A DNA stretch of 62,643 nucleotides, counting the filler, from Chiloscyllium plagiosum (Eukaryota), in assembly GCF_004010195.1 (NCBI RefSeq). It is 5 parts of one record of this genome, joined end to end, with 100 filler letters (N's around TTAATTAATTAA, not from the genome) between each part and the next. Parts side by side here need not be neighbours in the genome. Positions count along the whole stretch, not along the records: positions 9,912 to 37,383 come from NC_057710.1; 4 more parts are not named here. The stretch is one strand, 5' to 3'. Numbering within the stretch: position 1 is the stretch's first letter; every line of letters begins with the position of its first letter. The notes beneath the pieces are model-generated. The model was given only the letters and a program-made list of their open reading frames with translations. It was not told where the DNA came from and made no database searches. The translations under genes were made by a program, and so were the position numbers. Shown one piece after another: positions 12,181 to 24,179 of this stretch.

Positions 12181-12863
12181 CTTTATTTACTTGCTTTATC
12201 AGCCTCAAACACAATCTACATCTATACTGCCCCTTTACCATAATAGAACACCCCAAAATGTTTCACCGTATATTAGATAGAATTTGACACTGAGCCACAT
12301 GAGGGGATAATGGGAAAGTTGACTAAAGAAGACTGCGCATGTGATTGATTGATTGAAGGTGAGGGGAGAGAGGTTCTGGGAAGGAATTCCAGAATTTGGG
12401 ACTCAGGTAACGATGGAACAATGAAAACTGGGGATGTCCTTTTCCGTCTTAGCTGTGAGTAAGTGCACACTGTCTTTGCTGAGAACTTCAGTGAAGAGCG
12501 TTAAAGGAAATCCAGATGGCATTGATTCATCCGCATCTCAGTCCCCACTTAATCATTGTCCATTTTTCTAATCTGTGATCAACTCTCCCCGATGTTTACT
12601 CTTCACAAATCTCTCCATCAGTTCAAACTCCCCGAAGATCATTTATCTATCTGCCTTTCTCTTTTCCCACAAAACCTTTTTTGTCTTCATCTGCCTTCCC
12701 TCCTCCTGAATAATTTCCAAAGCAAATCTTCCTTTGCCAGTTCTTGTCCTATTTCCAGAACATACAGAACTGTACTTTAATGAGTTTTAATGAGGCTGGA
12801 AGGGTTGGTAGTGATTCCCCGCACTCTCTGATGGGTCCTCAAATCAAGCTCAGTGTCTTTTAC

Positions 12864-12903
12864 CGTGTCACGGCAACAGTAGGGTTTCGGGGTCTTGTGA
12901 CCT
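12864..12903 (-). CDS. Candidate coding exon (E)VTRPRNPTVAVT(R)
   Basis: cacattttccggtag|AGGTC...ACACG|gtaaaa; phase 1 in, phase 2 out. Confidence 0.4.
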
Positions 12904-12914
12904 CTACCGGAAAA

Positions 12915-14178
12915 TGTGTGTGTGTGTATGTGTTTCTGTTTGTGTGTGAGTGTGTGTGGGTGTGTGTGTCTGTGTGTGTGTATATGTATGTGTGTGTATA
13001 CGTATGTGTGTGTGTGTCTGTGTATGTGTGTGCGTCTGTCTGTGTGTGTGATTGTGTGTCTGTGTGAGGGTGCTGTGCGTACANNNNNNNNNNNNNNNNN
13101 NNNNNNNNNNNNNNNNNNNNNNNNNNNNNNNNNNNNNNNNNNNNNNNNNNNNNNNNNNNNNNNNNNNNNNNNNNNNNNNNNNNNNNNNNNNNNNNNNNNN
13201 NNNNNNNNNNNNNNNNNNNNNNNNNNNNNNNNNNNNNNNNNNNNNNNNNNNNNNNNNNNNNNNNNNNNNNNNNNNNNNNNNNNNNNNNNNNNNNNNNNNN
13301 NNNNNNNNNNNNNNNNNNNNNNNNNNNNNNNNNNNNNNNNNNNNNNNNNNNNNNNNNNNNNNNNNNNNNNNNNNNNNNNNNNNNNNNNNNNNNNNNNNNN
13401 NNNNNNNNNNNNNNNNNNNNNNNNNNNNNNNNNNNNNNNNNNNNNNNNNNNNNNNNNNNNNNNNNNNNNNNNNNNNNNNNNNNNNNNNNNNNNNNNNNNN
13501 NNNNNNNNNNNNNNNNNNNNNNNNNNNNNNNNNNNNNNNNNNNNNNNNNNNNNNNNNNNNNNNNNNNNNNNNNNNNNNNNNNNNNNNNNNNNNNNNNNNN
13601 NNNNNNNNNNNNNNNNNNNNNNNNNNNNNNNNNNNNNNNNNNNNNNNNNNNNNNNNNNNNNNNNNNNNNNNNNNNNNNNNNNNNNNNNNNNNNNNNNNNN
13701 NNNNNNNNNNNNNNNNNNNNNNNNNNNNNNNNNNNNNNNNNNNNNNNNNNNNNNNNNNNNNNNNNNNNNNNNNNNNNNNNNNNNNNNNNNNNNNNNNNNN
13801 NNNNNNNNNNNNNNNNNNNNNNNNNNNNNNNNNNNNNNNNNNNNNNNNNNNNNNNNNNNNNNNNNNNNNNNNNNNNNNNNNNNNNNNNNNNNNNNNNNNN
13901 NNNNNNNNNNNNNNNNNNNNNNNNNNNNNNNNNNNNNNNNNNNNNNNNNNNNNNNNNNCACACACAGACACACACATACACAGACACACACATACACAGA
14001 CACACACATACACATACACAGACACACACACACACGAGCACACACACACGTGCACACACAGACATACGCACAGATACATACACAGACACACGCGCACACA
14101 CACACAGACATACACATACACAGGCACACGCGCGCACACACACACAGACACACACACATAGACACACACACATACACA
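12915..14178. repeat. Imperfect (GT)n and (CA)n microsatellites flanking an N gap
   Basis: Directly visible; the two sides have opposite orientation. Confidence 0.95.
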
Positions 14179-14464
14179 AACAGAACGAAAGAGGTTGGTA
14201 GCTCATTTTAAGAAATCTCTGTTGCTGCTTCTGGCCCCTACATGTCCCATCCAACCCGGGTTGGCCATTTCTGTGAATGATGAATGAAGAATAATTGGCA
14301 TGCCAACCATGAGATTACAGATTGTGGCAGGATGTGGTTCTGTCGTTGATTATCCACCAGCTCCTGTTGAGCTCCTCGATTCATTCTTAATCTATTACAC
14401 AGTGGCACTGTCAATACGTCCGAGATTGTGCTCAGTTTCAAGATGTAACTTTGTTTCCACAAGC

Positions 14465-14945
14465 TCATAGCGTTGTAGAGCATGGAAACAGACCCTTCAG
14501 TCCAACTGGTCTACAGTGACCATAAACCCCAAACTAAACTAGTCCCACCTGCCTGCCCCTGGCCCATATCCCTCCAAACCTTTCCTCTTCATGTACTTAC
14601 CCAAATGTCTTTAAAACATTGTAACTGGATTGCATCCATCCCTTTGCTGGAAGTTCATTCCACATGTGAACCACTCTCTGTGTAAAACAGTTGCAACTCA
14701 TGTTCTTTTCAAATCTTCCTCCTCCCACCTTAAAGATAAGCCCCCTAGTTTTGTAATCCCCCACTCTAAGGAAAAGACCCTTGTTATTCGCCTTATCTAT
14801 GCCCTCATGACTTAAAAAAACCTCAAAGGTCACCCCTCAACCTCCTACACGCCAGTGGAAACATGTCCCTCTTATTTCTATCACCCAAACCTTCCATACC
14901 CAGCAATATCGCGGTAACTCTTTTCTGAACCCTTTCTAGTTTAAT
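14465..14945 (-). mobile_element. CR1 LINE 3' end
   Basis: TRGLIFKV...FTQRVVHMWNELP. Confidence 0.85.
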
Positions 14946-15671
14946 GGCCTGGCATTTATGTGGCATGAATGTTCCTTGTTACTTTTCAGCCGAAGTCTAG
15001 ATGTTGCAAAGATTTTGTTGCATTTGAACATGGACTGTTTCAGTGCTGGTGGGGACATGAATGGCGCTCAACGTTGTACAATCAACAGTGAGCATTCCCA
15101 CTTCTGGCTTTCCCTTGGATGGAAGATCATGATGAAGCTGCTGAAGGTGGTTAGGCCTGGGACATGAGCCTGAAGAACTCCTGTCAAAATGTCCTGGGGC
15201 TGAGGTGACTGACTCCAACAAACACAGCTGAAAACGTGTTGCTGGAAAAGCGCAGCAGGTCAGGCAGCATCCAAGGAGCAGGAGCCAACTTCCTATGTCT
15301 GACTCCAATCTGCAGTGACTCTGTGTGTGTGTGAAGTGTCTTGAATTTGTGGAACTGTTTGCCCAACTTCCAACGCTTCAGCATAAATGATCTTGGGTCA
15401 AATATGGGAAAGGTGAAGCGAATTGCTCAATCATCCCTCTCCCCGTCAACTGTGTTGAGGCTGAACCAGCTCATAGCCTCGAATCTCCCAACAGCTCTAG
15501 CTGAATGACTGCCAACATCTAGCTCTCTCAAACCCACTCCAGTCGCAGCCTGTCTGCTGTTAAACCACAGATCTGTGCTTTTGTTATATCTCTAAGATCA
15601 GGCACTGAGGAAATCCTAGGTTATGTTCACCTAGGATTTACCTTCCTGACAGGGAAAGTAAATAGATATAG

Positions 15672-15865
15672 ACCTGACGTGGAGGAGCTGGTGTTGGACT
15701 GGGGTGTACACAGTTAAAAATCACACAACACCAGATTATAGTCCAACAGGTTTAATTGGAATTACTAGCTTTCAGAGCGCTGATCCTTCATCTGAAACAG
15801 TGCCTCAAAAGCTAGTGCCTGCAAATAAACTTGTTGGACTATAACTTGGTGTTATGTGACTTTTA
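15672..15865. mobile_element. PLE family B inverted cassette (degenerate), 12-bp TSD
   Basis: aatagatataga on both flanks; caccagattatagtccaacagg / ttggactataacttggtg arms. Confidence 0.75.
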
Positions 15866-16289
15866 ATAGATATAGATCGACCACAATCACATCAGATGGT
15901 GGATGGGACATATTACCTACTCCTGCTTCTATTTGTTTTGTCTCTAGCCCTGAGTATTCCAATAATCTCCGAACCACGTTCCCACCCCAGAGTTCATCCA
16001 GCCACTCGTATTCCAACACATACCAAGTACCGTTCACCCACCACTCTGTATTGGCTTCTCTGCCTCCATAGATTTGCTCTCCCTATCACAGTAACCTCAT
16101 CAAGTCCTACAACTCTCTGAAATCTCAATGCTGCCCCAGTCCTGATCCCTTGCAAACACCCCCATTATTAATTACACCTTCAGTTGCCTCACAGAGAACA
16201 TAATCTCTGCCCTTATTACCCTCAACACCTCTTTCAGTCGAAGGGAAGATTTGATTTGTATCTAATGAGACAAGTGGGAGAGTAACATC

Positions 16290-17500
16290 ACATTGCTGAC
16301 TTGTGCCCTGCAGTTGTTGGACAAACTTTGGGGGATCAGAGGGTGCATTTCACATCACAGAGTTCCCACCTGTTCACCTAGCCCCTGTGTTTATACGTCA
16401 AGTGCAGTTCAGTTTCTGGCCAGTGATAATACCCAGGATGTTGACTGTGGGGCATTCAGTGATGGTAACACAATTCAATGCCAAAGGAGTGATGGAAATA
16501 CTGTCTCTTGTGAGTTATGTTCATAGCCTGACATTTGTGTGTGCAAATGTTACTTGCCACTCAGCCCAAGCCTGGATATTGTCCAGGTCTTGCTGCATTT
16601 GGACATGGACTGCTTCAGTATCTGAGGAGTCATGAATGGTGCTGAACATTGTGCAATCATCGGTGACCATCCCCACTTCTGACCTTATGATACGGAGAAG
16701 GTCATTGATGAAGCAGCTGAAGATGGTCAGGCCTAGGACACTACCCTGAGGAAGTCCTGCAGAGATATCCTGGAGCTGGGATGACTGACCTCCAACAAAC
16801 GCAACCATTTTCTTATGTACCAGGTATGACTCCAACCAGCAGCGAGTTTGCCTCTGACAGCTTTGCTGAGCTCCTTGACCAGTGGTTCAGTGGTTATCAC
16901 TGCTGCCTCTCAGCGCCAGGGACCTGGGTTCGGTTCTAGCCTCAGGCGACTGTCCATGTGGAGTTTGCAGGCACTCCCTGTGTCTGCGTGGGTTTCCTCC
17001 GGGTGGTCTGGTTTTTCTCCCACTGTCCAAAGGTGTGCAGGTCAGGTGGGTTGGCCATGGGGAAAGCATGGTTACAGGGATGTGGGAGGAGGCGGGCGGT
17101 TGGGATGCTCTTCGGAGGGTCGGAGTGGACTCGATGGGCTGAATAGCCTGCTTCCACACTTTAGGGGTTCTATGATGTCAAGGTTGAATGCAGCCTTGAT
17201 GTCAAGGGTTGTCACTCTTCCTTTTGGAGTTCACTTTGTTTGTCCATGTTTGAATCTCGGCTGTAATGAGATCAGGAGCTGCGTGGCCCTAGCGGATCCC
17301 AAACTGGGCGTCACTGAGCCGGTGCTGTCTTATGTTAATGCTGGTGAGACCTTCCATTGCTTTACTGATGATCAAGAGTGGACTGATTGCGGACGTGATC
17401 AGCTAAGTTGGATTTATCCCGTTTTACGTGTAGATGATACACCTGAGCAATTCTCCCCATTGTCGAGTCGGTAACAGTGTTGCTGCTATGCAGGAACAGC
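16290..17500 (-). mobile_element. Second CR1-group LINE family, RT fragment, interrupted by an HE1 SINE
   Basis: [21 protein letters not shown]...DDCTMFSTI...MQQDLDNIQAWAEWQVTF. Confidence 0.85.
16880..17175 (+). mobile_element. HE1-type V-SINE
   Basis: tRNA-like head (A/B boxes) plus V-domain ggagtttgc...tctgcgtgggtttcctccggg. Confidence 0.85.
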
Positions 17501-17624
17501 ATTCCTGCCGGATCGGGATAGCGTGGGGAGTCCTTTACTTTGGACCTTAGCTCTGGCTGAGCCTACCCTGGGAATATCAAACCTTTCTCGACCTGTGCTC
17601 CATTTTCCAACCTTAATATCATAC

Positions 17625-17634
17625 CCTTAGATGG
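17625..17634 (-). CDS. Candidate 10-nt micro-exon (PSK)
   Basis: taactcacagttgctctgcag|CCATCTAAGG|gtatga; phase 0 in, phase 1 out. Confidence 0.3.
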
Positions 17635-17805
17635 CTGCAGAGCAACTGTGAGTTAAGATTGTTGGGCCTAGTTTGATGAAGTTACATTGATCGTACTAAG
17701 TAGTGTGGGAGCAGGGTGTTCGGATTATAACAGTGGTTCCTGTTAATTGATTAGTCAAATAATTGCCAAGCTTGAGCAGAGAGCACAGCACCATTATTAA
17801 TTTAC

Positions 17806-17865
17806 AGCAAACAACAAGCAACAGAGAGAGAAAAAAAATCCTTTCGCAGTCATGTCACCGCTCAT
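17806..17865 (-). CDS. Candidate first coding exon, signal-peptide-like (MSGDMTAKGFFFSLCCLLFA)
   Basis: Two in-frame ATGs (17865, 17853); basic residue then hydrophobic core; donor GCT|gtaaat; ~120 nt downstream of a TATA box. Confidence 0.45.
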
Positions 17866-17977
17866 AAGCGAAGAATAAAAAGGAGAGGAAGGGGAGAGAA
17901 TGTGCTTGTCAGCACCCAAGGTGCTAAGTGAGTTTCCTTGTCTTCAAAGAGCAGTCATCATCTGCTAGGCCTCAGGC

Positions 17978-17985
17978 TATTTATA
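17978..17985 (-). promoter_or_regulatory. Candidate TATA box
   Basis: gccTATAAATAgcc on the minus strand in unique DNA upstream of the signal-peptide ORF. Confidence 0.45.
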
Positions 17986-19314
17986 GGCAGAACAGCATGA
18001 AGAGCATATTCCTCTTAATCAGCATGCAGAGAAAGGTAATTTAAAGACAATCGAGAGCTGACAGGAATTAAATTGTGTTTTGATTCTCTCATTAGCTCGA
18101 ACCTCAAGTGCGGCTCGTTATTGTGAAATTTTCCTGGGATGATGGAACATTTCGTTCTGGGTTGACAGCCGTATGTTCCACTGATTTCCTTTTCCCAGCC
18201 TCCCTCCCGCTCTCTTATAAGAAATTTCACAATGCAGGAGGTAAACGCCTCCCACCTCCTTCGCAACAACCTCATCCTACCTTCCCCTCTCACTTCATCA
18301 TCGATCTTCCCTCAAGTGCCTCAACCACTCTTCAAGTAATGTGTTTCTTCTCTCACTCTGTGTGCGAGAGAAGTTTCTCGTTGAAGTTTTTGATGGGTTT
18401 TATTGATGACTGTCTTATGTCTGTGGACCCTAGTTCACATTCATGCATCTTCTCTGCATCTATCCTATCTTTTAGTACCTTGAAGTCCTGTGTCAGGTCA
18501 GACATTAGATTACTCTTCACTCAAGGCCTTTGGCCCACCATGTACAGCCTTGCCTGTTTGCAATAACCTGCCAGCTCTTCATCTTCTTTCTAATTCTCAC
18601 TATTTCTCATTCCACTCTTCCCCTCTCTGTCTCACACTTTCTCATTCACTTTCTCCCTCGTAACTCTCTCACATTTATTGTTACTCTCTCTTGCTGCCTT
18701 GACCTTTCACTGTTTCAGAGTCTCTGCATCTCACTTGCGGTTTCTCTCAGCCTCTCTCGCTGTAACGCCCATTCCCTCACTCTCTTCGTTTTAGTCTTGT
18801 TTCACAGATCATAAAATTGTTCCAACACAGGATGCAATTCATGTTTAGACCGGCTCTCTGGATGAGCAATTCACTTAGTGCAATTCTCCAGTTTTCTCCT
18901 ACTCATTCTTTCTTTACAAAAACAGTTCCAGATCCTATTGAATGCCTTGAAGGAACTAGCCTCCACTGAGCTCTCAGGCAGCGCGTTCCAGACCCTTGAT
19001 GTTTACTGCATGAGAAAACTTCCCCTCATTTCAACCTTTCTCCTTTTGCCAATTAGGGTATTGGGTGGCACAGTGGCTCAGTGGTTAGCACTGCTGCCTC
19101 ACAGTATCAGGGCCCTGGGTTCGATTCCAGCCTTGGGTGACTGTCTATATGGAGTTAACACGTTCTCCCTGTGTCTGTGTGGGTTCCCTCAGAGTGCTCT
19201 GATTTCCTCCTCCAATTGAAAGATGTGCATGCTAAACTGCCCGTAGTGTTCAGGGATGTGTAGGTTAGGTGCATTAGTCAGGGGTAAATGTAGGATAGGG
19301 AATGACAATGGGTG

Positions 19315-19510
19315 AGGAGAAAGTGAGGTCTGCAGATGCTGGAGAACAGAGCTGAAAATGTGTTGCTGGAAAAGCGCAGCAGGTCAGGCAGCATCCAGGG
19401 AACAGGAGAATCGACGTTTTGGGCATAAGCCCGATTCCTGAAGAAGGGCTTATGCCCGAAACGTCGACTCTCCTGTTCCCTGGATGCTGCCTGACCTGCT
19501 GCGCTTTTCC
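19315..19510. mobile_element. PLE family A inverted cassette, 14-bp TSD
   Basis: aatgacaa(t/c)gggtg at 19301 and 19511; near-perfect inverted arms. Confidence 0.9.
19435..19467 (+). ncRNA. Minimal type I hammerhead ribozyme motif (family A)
   Basis: CTGAAGA-A-GGGC ttat GCCC-GAAA-CG-TC; predicted cleavage after 19465. Confidence 0.7.
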
Positions 19511-19749
19511 AATGACAACGGGTGGGTTACTCATTGGAGGGTCGGTGTGGATTTGTTACGCCGAAGGGCCTGTTTCCACGCTGCTGGGATTTTATTCTAT
19601 TTTGTAAAATGCATTAAATCTGTACCCTTCCTTTCTCAACCCTTGAATAAATTAGAACACTTTCTCCCTAACTGTCCTGTTCAGATCTATCGAGGATTTT
19701 TGAACAGATATCCACTCTATTTTCCCTTCTCCAAAGAAACAGTCTCAAC

Positions 19750-20625
19750 AGGCTGGGTAGGCCGGGACTTTTATCACTGGAGTGCAGGAGGTTGAGAGGT
19801 GACCTTATAGAGGTTTATAAAATCATGAGGGTATATGAGGTGAATGGCCGGTGTCTATTCGGTAGGATGGGGGATTTCAAGATTGGGGGCATAGTTTTAA
19901 GGTGAGAGGTGAAAGATGTAAAAAAGATATAAGACCTGCATTTCTGGAATGCCCTTTTTTGACCTCAGGACGCCCTCAAATCATCTCTCGTTTTTACACA
20001 GAGAGTGGCTCATGTGTGGAATGAACTTCCAGAGGAAGTAATGGCTCCAGGTGCAGTTACAATGTTTAAAAGACATTTGGATAAATACTTGAATTGGTCA
20101 GACAGCATCCGAGGAGCAGGAGAGCCAACGTTTCAGTCAGGACGCTTCATCAGGACTGGGCGTGGAGGATGGGGGGGGGGGGGGGGGAAAGGTAGGTGGG
20201 ATGGCGATAGTTAGACAAAGGTAGGAGGTGATTCTGGGGAGAGTGGAGGGAATAGGCAGGAAGGAAGATGGACAGGTAGGTCAGGCCGGGGGAGGGTGGT
20301 ACTGAGTTGCAAGGTTGGATTTGGGATAAGGTAGGGGGAGGGGGAACTTGGAAACTGGTGAATTCAGTGCTGAGGCTTGTGTGGTCGTAGGTTCCTGAGG
20401 TGGAAGATGAGGTGTTCCTCCTCCAGTTTGTGGGTTTCCAATACCACACGTTATTGACCCTGACTCTTCAGCATCTGCACTCTTCTCCTAAGTACATGAA
20501 TAGGAAATGTTTGAAGGGATATGGGCCAAACGCAAGCGGGTGGGACTAGTTTAGTTTGGGATTATGATTAGCATAGGTTGGTTAGACTGAAGGGTCCATT
20601 TCCGTGATGTATGACTCTATGACTC
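19750..20625 (+). mobile_element. CR1 3' end split by a minus-strand PLE family A fragment (~20095-20440)
   Basis: HVWNELPEEV...FKRHLDKY continues after the insert at ~20490. Confidence 0.75.
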
Positions 20626-20964
20626 TATTGTGCGCTATCTCACATTCAATCTCCCATTCTCTTGACATTCTCCCTTGCTCTCCTTCTTTTACACAATGCC
20701 TCTCTCACTTTGCAACTGAAACTCATTGTCTCATTCTCTCTCCTCTGACACACGCTCGCAAATACTCCCTCTCTTACTCTCTTGCACTTATCCTTGTGCT
20801 CTGAAATTTCTCTTGCATGAGGTTAGATTTCCTCTTGAACTCTCTCCCACATATTAATTCTCCCCCACCTTACATCACCAGGATTAAGGATGAAGGAGGA
20901 GGCAGTGGCATAATGTTCATGTCACTAATTGAGAAGCCTCGGCTAACCTTTCGAATCTTTAAAA

Positions 20965-21226
20965 TCCCTACAGTGTGGAAACAGGCCCTTCAGCCCATCA
21001 AGCGCACACTGACCCTCCAAAGAGCATCCCTATCCCATCGCTGTAACCTGACATTTTGCGTGGTTAACCCACCTACCCTGCACAGTATGGGGCAATTTAG
21101 CATGGCCGACCCACCTAACCTGCACATGTTTGGACTGTGGGAAAAAAACCCATGGAGACACGGGGAGAAGGTGCAAACTCCACACAGACAGACGCCCGAG
21201 GCTAGAATTGAACCTGGGTCCCTGGC
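20965..21226 (-). mobile_element. HE1-type V-SINE
   Basis: Reverse complement of V-domain and tail (cagtgtggaaacaggccctt). Confidence 0.8.
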
Positions 21227-21370
21227 CTTCTTCGAGGGAAGGAGATCTGCTGTCTACACCTGGTGTGAGCTAGGGCTGACATTTACTGCTTTTTCAGAGG
21301 ATAGCAATTCCCGTGCATAATGGAGTACAGCGGCCTCTTATTTAAAGTTAGTTGCAATTTCTGCCTCTAA

Positions 21371-21576
21371 TAGAGAATAGTGAACCCTGTGTATGTTATG
21401 GAGAATAGCAGCCCCTGTGTATAGTGTGGAGAATAGCAGTCCTTGTCTATTTTATAGAGAACACCTGACCCTGTGGTTATTGTGGCAGTTAGCTGCCTGT
21501 ATGTTTATTACAGCGAATACTTGACCCTGTATATTCTTGACAATAGCAGTCTGTATGTATATTATGGAGAATAGCT
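21371..21576. repeat. Degenerate ~28-bp tandem repeat, ~7 copies
   Basis: gagaatagcagcccctgtgtatattatg-like units. Confidence 0.7.
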
Positions 21577-22796
21577 GGAAAAGCACAGCAGGTCAGGCAG
21601 CATCCAAGGAGCAGGCGAATCGACTTTCTAGGCTTATGGCATTATCACTAGACTGTTACTCCAGATCATGTCTGGCGACCTGGGTTCAAATCCTGCTGTG
21701 GCAGATCAACGTCTGGAACTAAAAATCTAATAATGGCCATGAATCTGCTGTTGGACAGGCCTATCTGGTTCACCTTTGCCCTTCGGGACGGAAACTGCCA
21801 CCTACATGTGACTCCAGACCCACAGCAATGTGGTTGACTCTTAACTGCCTTCTGGGTAATAAATGCTGGCCTAGCCAGTGAAGCCCCCATCCTGTGATTT
21901 TTAAAAAAATTGGCACAGTGTAGGTTGTGAGATCTTGCTGTGCACCACCTGGCTACTGCACCCACTCCCCTGTTGCAGAGACTACTATGTGAAAAGATTG
22001 GCTGAGAAATGTTTTGAGGGTATCCTGTGGTCAAAAGAGGGCACTCCAGAAAACGCAGGACTTAATTCCACCCAAAAGAAATGCAGAGAACAGTATTTTT
22101 GTTATTTCCACATTCTCCCAAAGCAGAATTGCAGAGAGAGAGAGAGAGAAAGAGAGAGACAGAGAGGAAATAAATCCCTTCAGAGAGTCAATGCAATGCT
22201 TCACAGTTTTGTGTAATGCTTCAGTGCCCATTGAGACTGATAAAAAAGTATAATAATGACTCCTCACTGTGCTGTCTCCTCACATTAACGCCTCCTTTTC
22301 CTTCACATACTCTGACAAAGACAAATTAGGCTGCTTCTTTCCCCTCTGAATCGTTCCCATCTATTTCTGCCAGCTCCCAGCTATAGATCATGCAGCTAAT
22401 GTAGCCCATAGATCAGCCACACAAAGAGGGAGAGATCTGCACAGCTCCAGCAAGCACTCACTGCCCCGTGTTCAGTTAATGCACGCTGTGTGTAAAAGTC
22501 AAATCCCTTCAGCCATCTACACAGCCCGATTAAGCCAGAATAAATAGCAAAGCCCGTCTCTGAGCCGCTGAGCATTTGTTTAGCTGATGCTGCCTGTGAG
22601 GCCTGGCTGCTGAACCCGTACCCCCCACCCCCCCCCCCCTCCCCAGCCCCTGCAGTGGGCGATGGAGTGCTGAACGTGAGAGGGGTGAGAGCAGGCAGCG
22701 AAGATCAAACCGGCAGCCCTGCCTTTCTCACAGCCTGGGATCAAACACTGACAGCAGCCCCCAACCCTGCCCCTTCACAATCACGAAGGATTTCGA

Positions 22797-23053
22797 AGGG
22801 GACATAAATTTAAGGTGAAGGGTGGAAGGTATAGGGGGGATGTCAGGGGTAGGTTCTTTACCCAGAGAGTGGTGGGGGCCTGGAATGCGCTGCCTGTGGG
22901 AGTGGCAGAGTCAGAATCATTGGTGACTTTTAAGCGGCAATTGGATAGATACATGGATGGGTGCTTAAACTAGGACAAATGTTCGGCACAACATCGTGGG
23001 CCGAAGGGCCTGTTCTGTGCTGTATTGTTCTATGTTCTATGTTCTATGTTCTA
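22797..23053 (+). mobile_element. CR1 3' end with (GTTCTAT)n tail
   Basis: RGHKFKV..RFFTQRVVGAWNALP; tandem 7-mer tail. Confidence 0.9.
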
Positions 23054-23164
23054 ACTTGCATTGCTGTAGCGCCCTTTCTAACCTCCCCACTTTCCAGTCA
23101 ATGTGCTCCATGGTGCTGTAATCCTGGGTGCCTTTTTGTTGATGTTGAATTGGGGTGGGGACCT

Positions 23165-23520
23165 TGTTAAAAATCACACAACATCAGGTTATAGTCCAAT
23201 AAGTTTTTTTGGAAGCACTAGCTTTCGGAGCACTGCTCCTTCATCAGGTGGTTGTGGAGCAGGACCAGAAAGCACAGAATTTATAGCAAAAGCTCACAGT
23301 GTCATGCAAGTAAAACAATATATTTAACAAACTTCAATTGTTGCTAAGTCTTTCATCTTTCAGAATGACTTGCAGGTTTCAGTTCATTAATATGTAAATC
23401 CCAGAACTCCTTTTAAGTCACATTTTCAAGATAAGTTAAGGCTTTATAAACAAAAGGTGACATCTCAGCTCAGACAATGCCGTAAAGGTGTGAGTCTATC
23501 CCAACCTTGACTCAGACTGG
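23165..23520 (-). mobile_element. PLE family B terminal repeat
   Basis: Homologous to the copies at 8138, 32467 and 55582. Confidence 0.8.
23216..23250 (-). ncRNA. Minimal type I hammerhead ribozyme motif (family B), intact core
   Basis: Minus strand: cac-CTGATGA-A-GGAGC agt GCTCC-GAAA-GC-TA-gtg; stem I CAC/GTG. Confidence 0.75.
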
Positions 23521-23539
23521 TGCTTTTTTTGCCTTTTTT

Positions 23540-23665
23540 TTAAACACAGCAAGATCCCGGTGAACAGCAACGTGGTCAAGACCAGGTCATCTCTTTCAGT
23601 GATGTTTGCTGAGGAATAGTTAACGACCAGGAGACCAAGCTAAACTCCCCTATTCCTCCTTGAGA
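23540..23665 (-). mobile_element. DeuSINE (SacSINE1/AmnSINE1-like) relic
   Basis: cacagcaagatccc..aacagcaacgtg..gaccag..agtgatgtttgctgagg resembles the Deu domain as I recall it. Confidence 0.55.
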
Positions 23666-24179
23666 TTTTTAATTACCTACTAGTAGGAACATATGATGTC
23701 GACATGCTAGTGTTGGACTGGACTGGACAAAGTCACAAGTCACATGACACCAGGTTATATAGTTAAAATCACAAGCTTTTGGAGCGCTGCTCCTTCATCA
23801 GGTGAAGTGGAGGGAGGCGTGCAGGCACAGAATATATAGGTGGAGTGATAATGGCAGGATAATTCCAGGTAATTAAGAGTATTGACAGATAGTACAAACA
23901 GTGTGGGTAAAGTGTCAACAGCTGATTAATAAGTGACGAGATATCCTATGAACGGATTAATGAAGGCAGTGGGATAATTACAAATAATCAAAAATAAGAT
24001 GGTGCTAGAGACAGAGCAAATGGCTGGAATAACATGATAGGTATCAGAGTCACTGCCAAGAGTCTAATCAAAGCAACAAGTAACCAAAAACTGTACAAAC
24101 TGATTAGGATAAAGAGATGGTCCCAAGTAATCATAGTATCGGAGAACTGTCCAATTACAAATAGAGGCCATGCACAGAA

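Larger units (their letters stand above)
19060..19605 (+). mobile_element. HE1-type V-SINE carrying a nested PLE cassette
   Basis: gggtggcacagtggctcagtggttagcactgctgcctcacag head; tail resumes after 19510. Confidence 0.85.

Noticed and set aside
12744..14254. Long Cys/Val and His/Thr ORFs (also 42171-43144 and 47505-48075)
   Set aside because: Translations of CA/GT microsatellites and N gaps
14205..14271. Strong minus-strand acceptor (ttcattcatcattcacag) inside the candidate gene
   Set aside because: No donor gives a frame compatible with the downstream exons; at most an alternative short last exon
15611..15639. 11-bp perfect inverted repeat aaatcctaggt/acctaggattt
   Set aside because: Short and isolated; no context suggesting function
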